64,000 nt of DNA from Octopus vulgaris. Lineage: Eukaryota. The first letter of the stretch is position 1, and every line of letters begins with the position of its first letter. The stretch covers positions 52,080,001-52,144,000 of the forward strand of contig OX597825.1 in assembly GCA_951406725.2 (NCBI GenBank), in the 5' to 3' direction. The position numbers and the translations under genes were made by a program. The notes under the pieces are model-generated. The model was given only the letters and a program-made list of their open reading frames with translations. It was not told the origin of the DNA and ran no database searches. Shown piece after piece: positions 52,683 through 64,000 of the stretch.

Positions 52683-53582
52683 GTTGCCACCAGAGAAACC
52701 TGGGATAGAGTGTGAAAGAAGGAGTCCAGTAACATGATATTTAGACCCTTAGGAAAGATATTCTGGTGCTTGCCAAGATATACATTCTACAAATGAAAAT
52801 GATTTTGATAACTCCAAAATCTAACTTGCATAGTGTTTAGTATATCCTTGCTGCCTGGATACATGTCACTGGTTTCTTTGAGCTATTTCTCTTTGTACAT
52901 TTTTCTTCTAATTACATACCTACATACATTCTTGATTATTGTGTCAACGTATTACAAGAAATCCTATAACAATACACCATATTAATGGATTATCAATGCA
53001 TCTGAATTAGGCAAATTTCCAGAACAAGTAATAGCTGTTATTTATTATCTCAATAAAACTTGATACAGCATTTTATTTTGCAGAATGAATAACAAATACA
53101 ACAAATCTGACATGATATATTATTGAAAAGGCATCCTTCAAGGTATTAGCTTGTCAGTACTGCTATTTGTTCCTTCATTAAGGCTATTGTCATAAGTAAT
53201 TTAAAAATATAATGGTTATAGAAAAGGATACCTTGAATGGTAAAACATCTCTTTGTAGATGACAAGTAGCTGTATGGGCCAAGTATTAGCCACATCAATA
53301 AAGAACTGGATCTTATAACTGAATAACCACAGATATTCAAAAGAAATTTGGTAAGTCTAAATGTGTTGAAGAAGTCTTGTTCCCCTCTGCAAAAACTGAG
53401 TGGCTTAGCTGTACAGATGAGAACTATTCATTCAGATGAGAACTATTGTTTAGAGTGTTAGGTATGATGACTCCGATAATGAGGAAAGGGGGAGAAATTA
53501 ATACCTCAAGAGAGTAAAGGAGATATGACAATTAAATCTCTAAGCCTACAACAAACATATCTCTCACAACACTTTTGTAATA

Positions 53583-55590
53583 CAGTAGATCCCACTTGAT
53601 AAATCCACCTACTTAATGTATCCAAAATGGGTTGGAATGGAATATTTACATAAAATCTCTCTTTTAATGAAGCCAAACAATTGCCTGATAAATTTAATTG
53701 TTGCTGTTTCTCCCTAAAGTGACAACAAGTGGCAGCAAATGAATGAAGTGTTTTTTTTTTGTTTTTTTTTAAATTTTTAAATACCAGTGGGTAGGTGAAA
53801 AAACATGTCATTCTTCATTCATACAGAGAGACAGACACACACACAAGTTGTTCCAAATGTTCAAAATGAAAAGAGAGAGGCAGGACAAATCCATGGCAGA
53901 AAAGATTCAATTATTAGAACATTACAAAGTTCTTGGGGAAAACAACTCAGCAGGAAGCAGCATAGAGTTTGGGAATTTCAAGAGGTCTGGTCCGAATTTG
54001 CTAAATGATGAGATGACCTTTATGCCAAAGGGAAAGCTGTTCATCAAACTCTCTATGATTGGTTTGAATTTATTCACACAAGAAACGTCCCCATCAATGG
54101 CCTAATCCTAATGCACAAAACCAACACCATTGCTCAACCTCCTGGACACAATTTTAAGGCATCTGGAGGTTGGTTTTACCATTGACAAAAAAGACATAGA
54201 ATCTCTTTTAAGGTTCTAAAAGGTAAGCCTAATAGTTCACTAGCTTACATTTTTCTCTTTAGAGAACACAAACTAAGCATTTAATATTTTGCCAGTGATG
54301 CAGCTGAAGCTGATGTGGATGGAGCCCATCAATATCATGAGACAACCATGCAGCTTCTGTTGAAATCGTATCAGCACAGGACATCTACAACACCATTGAA
54401 ACTGGGATCTACTTATGTGCATTACCAGGAAATACATATGTTAGTGTGAGTTGCAAGAAAACTGTGGGGGACTTAAAGATGGCAAAGGGCCATGTGAATT
54501 TGATGGTGGCCTGCAACATGAATAGAGACAAAGATCTGCTCTTAATTGGAAAGGCTGGTTCACCAAAATGTTTCAAAAAATGCTTCTGATTCAGTACGAC
54601 TTTTCAACCAATGACAGAAAAAAACCTATGGAAGATGGCTCAGATCTTGGGATCATTGCTTGCTGGAATCTAGAAGGCAAGTGGTGGTCCTTCTTAATAA
54701 TTGCTTTTCTCTTGTAGTTATCGATGATCTCAAGAATGTCACTTTAAAATTTCTTCCTCCCAAAACAACGTCAGTGCTGCAGCCCTGTGACATGGGGATA
54801 ACCAATGCCATGAAAGACTACTTCAGACATAAAATGTGTGAGATCACCAATGTTATGGAAGACACTGAACGTGACATTTTTGCCCATGAAGTTGCAAAGC
54901 AGATCACCATTTTGGATGCCATATACATGTTGAGCATAACTTGAAAGAAGGGCTCTAGCCAGACAATCAAATATTGTTGGACCAAAGCTAGTTTTGTTTC
55001 GGCCAAAGAATCAAATGAAACCATAGATGTCAACAGAGATTTGATCCTGCCTTCGCTGCCAACTGAATTGACCAAAAGGCAATTCAAGAACTGGTTGTCC
55101 ATAGATGATGGTGCTGTTGTTGCTCCAGAGATCATCACTGAAGAAGAAAAATTGGACGAGATCATTTGTGACATTCAGCAATCTGAGAAGAAAATGAGAG
55201 GAGATGAAGATGGCAACTCTGACGTTGATGTTGATGAAAGAATTCTGAAGCCTTCAACACCAGCTGAAATGAGACACTCTCTCACTCGATTAGGAAATGG
55301 TCTTGAAAGTTTTGATTTCAATGATATGAATCCTTTTATAACTATTAAGGAAAAAAAATCAATGCAGAGTTGCAAACAAAGCATCCAGCAAAGCAAACAA
55401 CACTTGACAAATTTTTCATTCAGCGACATCGTTTATAATGTTTTTATTAGTGTATTCGCACATGTATGTATTCTAATAAATACATATGTTTAATCAATCG
55501 GTACATTTTGTTCCCTTGGTTTATAAATCCCTCGTTTAATAAATCCAAATTAGGTGATCCCAAGATGGATTTATAAAGTGGGGTCTACTA
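53583..55590 (+). mobile_element. pogo/Tigger-family DNA transposon, near full length, defective
   Basis: TIRs CAGTAGATCCCACTTGATAAATCC / GGATTTATAAAGTGGGGTCTACTA with TA flanks. FKASGGWF (CENP-B HTH), DIYNTIETG, FLPPKTTSVLQPCDMGI (DDE_1) and an acidic C-terminus. Confidence 0.9.
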
Positions 55591-56220
55591 TAGTACAAAC
55601 CCAGGCATATAGATTTGGTCTTCAGTCAGCTACAGATACATGCAGCATCTATACAGTCAGCTACAGATGCATTGCTCTCACATATACATGTATGTGAGTG
55701 CCTATATAGGTTTGTGAATAACTGTACATGGAGTAAGTATGAAGAATGATGACAAAAATAATGTTTATATGATCAAGATTCTTTACCTTCAAAGGGTTTC
55801 CGAGAATTATCTTTGAGTTCTTTCCTCTTCATATGTAGGAAGAATTTTCAAGAAAAATTATTGTTCTTTGAAATAATTTCAATAAAGATGTTAATATAAT
55901 GTTTTTCAATATTTGAAGGACACCAAATATACAAAATATAAGTGCTATGCTTCTGTGTGTGTGTGTTTGTCTGTGTTTGTCTGTTTGCAAATAAACAGTA
56001 AAATATAGATTGATGAGCAGTCAAAAAGACGTATTTATAGAAACATAGGAAGATAGACACACACACATACATATAGGTATATACATACATGCATAAATAT
56101 ACCTACACATATATGCTCTATAAGCTAGATAAGTTGCAATAATATGGGACATACATGAAGCCTAGTTTTATGGATGGGTTTTGTTGTGCATATTTCATTG
56201 ATTTTGGTGTGACTGATTAC

Positions 56221-56256
<36 letters not shown>

Positions 56257-56479
56257 ATGTTTGTTAGCATCTTTCTCTCTGTTTCTCTGTGTGTAGATGT
56301 AAATGTGGAAAGGTGTATGCATATGTGTATATATAAGTGTGTGTGTGTGTGTGTATGAGTTTATGTGAGATGATGTGACATATATATATATATATATATA
56401 TATGTTAGCAGTAGTGTAAACTGAAACGGACTTCATAATTAGCTGAAAATATGTCTCCGTTGGTCTTCAGAACAGTGAA

Positions 56480-56849
56480 ATAGTAACATCAACAACAGCA
56501 GCAACATCAACAATATCAACAACCACTAAAACTATAACAACTACAGAAGCAATTATTGCAAAATCAACAACACTGACACACCCTCCACCACCACCACCAC
56601 CACCACTAACAACAACACCCCTACAACCACTACTAAAACAATAGTCAACAACAAAGATGGTGAAGATGCCGACGACCGCTTTGTTCAAAGCCTCCCTTGA
56701 CCTCAAGTGGCCTGAACTCTTTACATGAACACCACCCTGTACTTAACTCCATGTCCCCCTACATGGCCTTGCTATTTGCTTTTGAGCCAAATTAACTAAC
56801 TAACTAACTAACTAACAATTACAACAAAATCAACAACACAACCCACAAA

Positions 56850-56890
<41 letters not shown>

Positions 56891-57060
56891 ACAACAGCAA
56901 AATGAACAGTAATGCCAACAATACCAAAACCAGAGAAACCATCACCAATAACAATTTTAACAGCAACAATAAACAACCAGGTTATCAACAGCAAGAACAA
57001 TACTAATATCATGATGGAAAACAAAAGAATAGTAAAGGGAATAATAATAAAAATATGAAA
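56480..57060. repeat. Low-complexity (CAA/CCA/CAT)n field
   Basis: Seen directly in the sequence. Confidence 0.8.
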
Positions 57061-57259
57061 ACAAATATAAGATTAAAAGCAAATGAAAAAAGGAAGGCTA
57101 GCCCTCTTTTTCTGCTTTCAAGAAATATTTAAACATCGCAAACAGAAGAAAACAATGATGGATATTTTAAAACTGCAGCAAATATTCATAGTTTTTAAAC
57201 ATGAATTATATGTGATATGTATTTGTGTGTGTGAGCATGCAGCTCACCGCGTAGGTAAG

Positions 57260-57348
<89 letters not shown>

Positions 57349-57451
57349 GCATGTATGTATATCTGTATGTATACTATATCTGTATGTGTGTGTATATATA
57401 TATATATATAAACATATATATATGTATGTATGTATATTTTATGTACACACA

Positions 57452-57485
<34 letters not shown>

Positions 57486-58477
57486 ATGTATACATGTATG
57501 TATATGTATACATGTATGTATATATAATGTGTATATATATATAAATATAAATATATATATATTTGTATATTTGTGAGTGTATATGTGATAACATGTTCTA
57601 TTTTGCATAAATATTATCCTTTATATCTTTTAAAAAAATATTTACATAAAAATTTAATATCTCTAAATTTTTTCATTGTTTCCATTTTCTTCTTCTTCTC
57701 CTTGTTGTTCTTCTTTTTCTCTTTCTTCTCCTTCTTCTGCCTCTTCTCATTATTATTATTATTATTAATCTTCAATATTGACATTATTTCTTTATCATAT
57801 GTTTTGAACAATACATACACACTTATAAAAACACACACACACAAATATATTAATATCTATGAACCATAGAAAAGCAGGCTCCCATACCCCCTCCAAAGCT
57901 TTATTCTTAGAATCTAACATCAAAGAAAAGAAAACGGAAGTTGAATATAGGAATAAAAGATGATATTTTAAATAAATTCCAACACATATTCTTCCATTTA
58001 CCAAAGGAACAGCTTTTCTGTTAAATCGGTAAATGGTAAGATTCCTTGAAGATGGAATGTTATCAATTGAAATGTAATGTGTCACAGAATCTTCCTTACT
58101 CTCTGCTGATGCTGTAAAACAATGACATACATAATACAACAAAAACAACAAATTATAGATTTGTAATGAGAGTATGTGATAAATATAGGGAACAGCAAAT
58201 GTACATTATAATTGTTTGTGTGTATATGTGTGCATGTGTGTATTTATATAAATATATGTGCTTGAGTATGTGTATTTATATAAATATATGTGCTTGAGTG
58301 TGTGTATGTATAAGTATTTACACACACACACACACACACATACATATAAAAATACCATATTTATATGCACACAGAAATATATGCATGAAGTCATACATAT
58401 TCATAAATACATATATATATATGCATACATAATATATGTGTATGTATCTATGTGCATGTATATATAAGCATGTATAT

Positions 58478-58890
58478 GAAGCTTGTATCTTAGCCACATG
58501 GTTCCAGGCTCAGTCCCACTGTGTGGCACTTTGGGCAAGTGTCTTCAACTATAACCTCAAGCTAATCAAAGCTTTGAGTGGATTGGATAGACAGCAACTG
58601 AAAGAAAGCCATTGTATACTTGTGTGTGTGAATACGCATGTGTGATGTGTGTATGCATGCACATCCTTGTGTCTGTGTTCTCTCCCACCAATTGCACGAC
58701 AACTGGTGTTGGTGTGTTTACATCCCTATAACTTAGTGTTTCAGCAAAAGAGACCAATCAAAGAAGTACCCAGTTTAAAAAAGCGAGAAATAAAAAATAA
58801 GCATCAGGGTTGATTCATTCTACTGAAGATTGTTCAAGGTGGTGCTCTGGCTTGGCTGCAGTCTAATGACTGAAATAAGTAAAAGATAAA
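58478..58890 (+). mobile_element. SINE family A, diverged
   Basis: Head and tail motifs. Confidence 0.8.
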
Positions 58891-58995
58891 AGGTAAGATA
58901 TATGTATTCATATGCATCTATAACTATGTATTTATATCTATGTATTTCTATGTATATATATGTATGCATATGTGTATGTATATCTTTGTTTTTAT

Positions 58996-59868
58996 AACTG
59001 CTAAGATAATCTGGTACTCAACTGAGGATAGGAAGCTCTGAATGATTTGTCCTTGTTTTGTATCCGCTAACTGTCCATATGTTTTGTTGTTGCCTGTTAT
59101 GTTCTTGTTCGATTTTTTGTTTTGTTATTTATATATACATATAGCAGCATTTGTACATTTTTGGTCTCCTGTATGTAAGTACATATATACATATCTAAAT
59201 TCAGTATGACTCTCTTACTCTTTCTATTAGCCCGCTTCACACTTTCTTCCTTCTTTCCACTTTTCTTTTTCTCGCTTCCCCTCTCTCACATATCTTGGCC
59301 TTCCCTTCATTCTCACTTTCCCTCCTCTTTTACTTCACCCTGTCCCTTTTCTTTCTTTTTCTCTCTTTCCCTAATTCTTCAATCTCTCTGCCTCTACCTC
59401 TCTCCTCTCTTTCCATGTGACTGGTGTTCTGCCAAACCTGACCTTTCTTTCTTGGTTCGACTACCGGCTGTGTAGCATCTCTTACATTCCTTCCCATGAC
59501 TTTCATTTCTTATGTCCCTGCTGTAAGGTTTCTCTTCCACACATGCCAGCTTAATTTAATTCGTCCTTAGTTGAAAGACACTGTTGTTAATGTCCTGTTA
59601 TTTGTAATTGTGTACCATTTCTCTGTTTTTTCGTCCTTGTTTTTGTATATATTCACTTGCTTTCTTCCAAGGAATCTAGTGCTCTTAGCTTAGATTTTCT
59701 TGCAGCTAGCCAGATTGGAGCAGTCTCGAGTGTAATTGTTCAAAACTGCTAGCATAATCTGGTACTTGACTGAGGATAGGAAGCTCTGAATGACCTGTCC
59801 TTTTTTTGTATCATCTAACTCCAGAAGTTTTATTGTTGCCTGTTACGTTCTTGTTCCATTTTTTGTCT

Positions 59869-59870
<2 letters not shown>
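58996..59870 (+). mobile_element. Element with ~125-bp terminal direct repeats (748-bp period), pLTR-like; related fragment at 28643-28780
   Basis: AACTGCTA...ATAATCTGGTACT..ACTGAGGATAGGAAGCTCTGAATGA at 58996 and 59744, with a pyrimidine-rich interior. Confidence 0.55.
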
Positions 59871-59914
<44 letters not shown>

Positions 59915-59959
59915 ATGTGTGTGTGTGTGTGTGTGTGTATGTATAAAGTACCATTCAAG

Positions 59960-60178
59960 CATGGTTGATGCAAGTGCCACCTGACTTGCTCCCATACTGA
60001 TAGCACGTAAAAAGCACTCACTACACTCTCAGAGATTTTGGCATTTGGAAGGGCATCTAGCTGTAGAAACCTTGCCCAATCAGAGTATAGCCTGGTTCAG
60101 CCTACTGGCTTGCCAGTCCTCAGTCAAACCGTCCAAGCCTTGCCAGCATGGAAAGCGGACATTTAAATGATGATGATA
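59960..60178 (+). mobile_element. Family B copy
   Basis: Conserved 3' end with (GAT)n. Confidence 0.8.
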
Positions 60179-60737
60179 TGTATATATGTATATAAGCATA
60201 CTTGTATATATATGTATATAGTATGTACATCAATGAAATATATTCAGGTCAGCTCTCAAATCAAGTCGTATCAACAAGGTTAAATATGTAGAGATAGTCA
60301 ATAAAGATCTCACTAGCTTTGCAACAATACTGCTAAGCAGAATAAAATTCAAATTATGAAATCGAATCAGTAGCAGTTTAAAATCTTTATCAAGATGACA
60401 TACTCAACATATATATATATCATTAGAATGTCAGAAACTGTGATGGTCAGGTGGAAGAAGTCCTCTTATAGACATACTATGTTAAAAAAAAAAGAAAAAA
60501 CGATATAATTCAGAAGAAGGCACAGTAAGGTGCAAAAATAGTAAAAAGTGCATCGGTCGCTCTCATAGTTACTTTGAGAGAGATTTTATCTTGCTTGCTC
60601 TCCAGTATATTATGTTTATTAACACAAAGCATCTATAACGGTATTCCCCCACCACATGACCATTGCAGCTTTTAGGTTTTCACACACACACACACACACA
60701 TATACAACGAATATGCATGCATACTAATATTCTTTTA

Positions 60738-60940
60738 TTCTTTTACTTGTTTCAGTCATCTGAATGCGGCCATGCTGGAGCACCACCTTGAAAGACTTTA
60801 AGTTGAACAAGTCGAACCAAGGACTTACATCTTATGCCTAGTACTTATTTCATTGGTCTCCTTTGCCAAACCACTAATTTACAGGGACATAAATACAGCA
60901 GCACCAGTTGTCAATTGGTAATGGGGGCACAGACATACAC
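60738..60940 (-). mobile_element. SINE family A, 3' part
   Basis: Shared tail. Confidence 0.75.
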
Positions 60941-61369
60941 ACGGTGACTTGTACACACACACACACACACACATATATGTATGCATATATATATATTATT
61001 TTGGACTAATGGGTATATGTCAATTAGTGTACTGAAGTGTTTAGTAGATCACTGGCACATTATGGACTACCTGGTGTCATCTGAAGTTGGGGAATATTTC
61101 CGTCGGATCTACTTCAGAAGCTCCGCAGTGTTATTTGAGATAATAATAATAATTTCTTAAGTAACCAGAACATGGATTTGGTATTGATCTTTATTTTGTA
61201 CTATGGTCGTTTTGACCCATCCTGCTAGTGTCCATTAAGGGTGGGACTCCATTTAAAGCATTGCAAACATTTGTAAATATAGACAACTGTTGATATAAGT
61301 TAAAAGAAATTATGAGAAGTGAATGGATGGACAGGGATGGATAGTGTTATAATGGGTTTAAGACAAAGG

Positions 61370-61890
61370 ACAGGGGTGTAACCAGTCCACTTATGCATAC
61401 CTTTCCTTCATTGGACACTAAACTCTGCTTGCGAAGACCTGTTGAGGCATGGGAAATCGAAATTGAAATAAAATTCAATGGCTTGCATCCGTGCTAGTGG
61501 AGCGCTATGAATACCATACAAGCAAGATCGTTGCCAGAGCAACAAGCTGGCCTCCATGCCGATGGCATTTGTGCTGATGGCATATGAAAAAACATTCGAG
61601 CGATGTCATTGCCTGTGCTGCTGGACTGGCTCCTGTGCAGGTGGCACATAAAAAGCACCATTTGAGCGTAACCATTGCCAGTACCACCTGACTGGCCTTC
61701 ATGCCGGTGGCACGTAAAAGCACCCACTACACTCTCAGAGTGGTTGGCGTTAGGAAGGGCATCCAGCTGTAAAAACTCTGCCAGATCAGATTGGAGTCTG
61801 GTACAGCTATCTGGTTCACCAGACCTCAGTCAAATCATCCAACCCATGCTTGCATGGAAAGCGGATGTTAAACGATGATGATGATGATGA
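61370..61890 (+). mobile_element. Family B element, long form
   Basis: Inverse-orientation homologue of 14706-15265 with a (GAT)n tail. Confidence 0.85.
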
Positions 61891-62302
61891 ATGGTACTAG
61901 AAAAAGGAAGGGAAAAATATATGCAGGCTAGAATGTCTAGAAGCCAAAAGGTTGTTTTTGCTAGCTAGCTTAGGTATGAATGCATATACATACATTCACA
62001 CACACATGCTCATACATACTCTCACACAAGGGACATTGGCCCACCTACCCATATGGTCAATTTCAGCCATAGTTCATATAATTTATGGCTGGAAGATAAT
62101 CTCACCGTAAGCCTGTGGTCACAATCACCTCCAGACCAGGCCAGCTCACCGACAGTCTGACTCACTCCACATTTATATTATCGATGGGGTGATCATACAC
62201 CCTTACACCTGTATAAACATACCCATGTGCATACATAGACTCTCACATACATATACATACATATACCCACCTAGTTTATACATACATATATATTCTTTTA
62301 TA

Positions 62303-62690
62303 TTTTTACTTGTTTCAGTCATTTGACTACGCCCATGCAGGAGTACCACCTTGAAGGGTTGCAGTTAAACCAATTGACACCAAGTCTTATTTTTTAAGTT
62401 CAGTACTTATTCTATTAACTTCTTTTGCTGAGCCACTAAGTTACTGCAAAATAAACACACTGACACCGGTTATCAAACAGTGATAAGGGGACAAACACAA
62501 AGTCATATGCATAGATATACACATATATATACATACATACGACAGGCTTCTTTCAGTTTCCATCTACCAAATCCACTCAACGTTTTGTTAGTTTGTAGCT
62601 ATAGCATAAGACACAAAATGTTACATCGTGGGACTGAACCCAGAACCATGTGGTTGGGAAGCAAGCTTCTTACCACACAGCCATGCCCAC
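62303..62690 (-). mobile_element. SINE family A, full length, diverged
   Basis: Tail at 62303, head at ~62690. Confidence 0.8.
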
Positions 62691-62693
62691 ACC

Positions 62694-62759
<66 letters not shown>

Positions 62760-62872
62760 TAGGGAGGAAGGAATAGTTACTATGAAGCATTGTGTAGAAT
62801 ATATTGTATAAAGGATTGTGGGTAAGGCCAGAACAATGAAGTAAAAGTAAGGCAGATCACAAGAAAACAAAT

Positions 62873-63031
62873 ATATGAATTATTGTAGACTTACCTTGCA
62901 TTTAGTATTTCAGAGTAATGACCCCATCTTCAAGAAATTAACAAACATCTCCAACATTAGTTAATTTCTTGAGGATAGGGTCATAACCCTGAAATAGTGA
63001 ATACAAGAGGTAAGTCTGCATTGATTCATAT
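62873..63031. mobile_element. Old hairpin element with a hammerhead-like motif in each arm
   Basis: Arms 62873-62942 and 62960-63031 are inverted. The plus arm reads UUGAGGA U AGGGU-caua-ACCCU GAAA; the minus arm reads UUGAAGA U GGGGU-cauu-ACUCU GAAA. Confidence 0.6.
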
Positions 63032-63305
63032 ATTAGTTTACTTGTGTTTTGCCTAGGTTTTACTTTGCATAGTTCTGGCTTTACCCACGATCCTTTACAC
63101 ATGCACGTGCACACACAGACACAAAACACTTTTCTGTTTCTAGAATTTCTTTCCTTTCAATTTATCCATGAACTGCAGGGCTCAGGCTAAAACCTTGGAT
63201 TTTTCGCTTCTCACACCAAGTTCCTTGTACTCTTTGTATTGATGTTATTAAATAGTACAAATTTTGTAGATGCCAACCAATACCAGTCTTCTTGGAGTCT
63301 ATTTG

Positions 63306-63349
<44 letters not shown>

Positions 63350-63599
63350 TGTGTGTGTGTGTGTGAATGTACATGCATACATTTATATATATGTCAGTGC
63401 CCTTGTATTTACATGTAATACATTTTGAGTATACTGTATGTATAGTAGTCATGATGAGTGTGTAATAGGAGAAAATAAAAGTTGTGTTGATACTGTGGAT
63501 TGATGAGGTATAATAAATGTTTGATAGAAAAATAAATTTAATTTGATAATTGCTTTCTGTCGTTTGATGAGATGCTGACTAATGTAGCTATATATAGAG

Positions 63600-64000
63600 T
63601 TTTGTAGTGGTAATAATGGTATGTGGAGTGGTGAGGTGGTGTACTGGTGGTGATGATATTAGTGGTGGTGGTGCTTGTAATAGTGCTGGTGGTAATGATG
63701 ATCTAGGTGGTGGTAGTTAAGATCAGGGCGGTAGTAGTTGTTGTTCTGGTATTCTTTGTGGTAGCAGTGGTAGGTATTGGTCTTGGTAGCAGTTGTAGTA
63801 AAAGTAGTGATTAGGGTGGTGGTGGTGGCGGTGGTGGCGGTGGTGGTGGTGAAGCTTGTAGTAGTTATGATAGTGGTAATGACTGTGATGGAGACGGGTT
63901 TGGTGTTGGTTGTGGTCATTGTGGCACTTTTGTTGCTGAGGAAGTAATGAAGTAGTTCTTGCGATGGTGGTGGTGGTGTGTCATAGTTGTGGTGATGTGT
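63600..64000. repeat. Low-complexity (GGT/GTA/GTT)n field
   Basis: Seen directly in the sequence. Confidence 0.85.

Noticed and set aside
55041-55493. 150-aa acidic ORF as an independent gene
   Set aside because: It lies within the Tigger TIRs and is the transposase C-terminal region.

Overview
This is AT-rich, microsatellite-saturated eukaryotic DNA, not prokaryotic. The repeat families look like those I recall from octopus (cephalopod) genomes; this is inference, not a database result. I find no convincing host protein-coding gene, and most ORFs in the track are artefacts of (TA)n/(CA)n/(AAT)n runs. The window is full of decayed mobile DNA: three or more SINE-type families, RTE and CR1-like LINE fragments, four Tc1/mariner relics, a near-complete pogo/Tigger element, a solo LTR with a 4-bp TSD, and Helitron-like pieces. 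The most interesting signal is about a dozen short non-coding elements from several sequence families that carry minimal type-I hammerhead ribozyme motifs (CUGANGA...GAAA, palindromic stem III, UH). Seven of them are inverted pairs or hairpins, all in the same polarity (5' ends at the centre), and they usually abut (TA)n tracts. Two unrelated elements (1590-2180 and 33936-34500) each reconstruct to a ~360-nt circularly permuted monomer whose inverted copy starts at the predicted cleavage site. This fits a Penelope-pLTR/retrozyme-like system with snap-back cDNA priming. One element with the same architecture (33481-33900) carries a tRNA-like module instead of a ribozyme.
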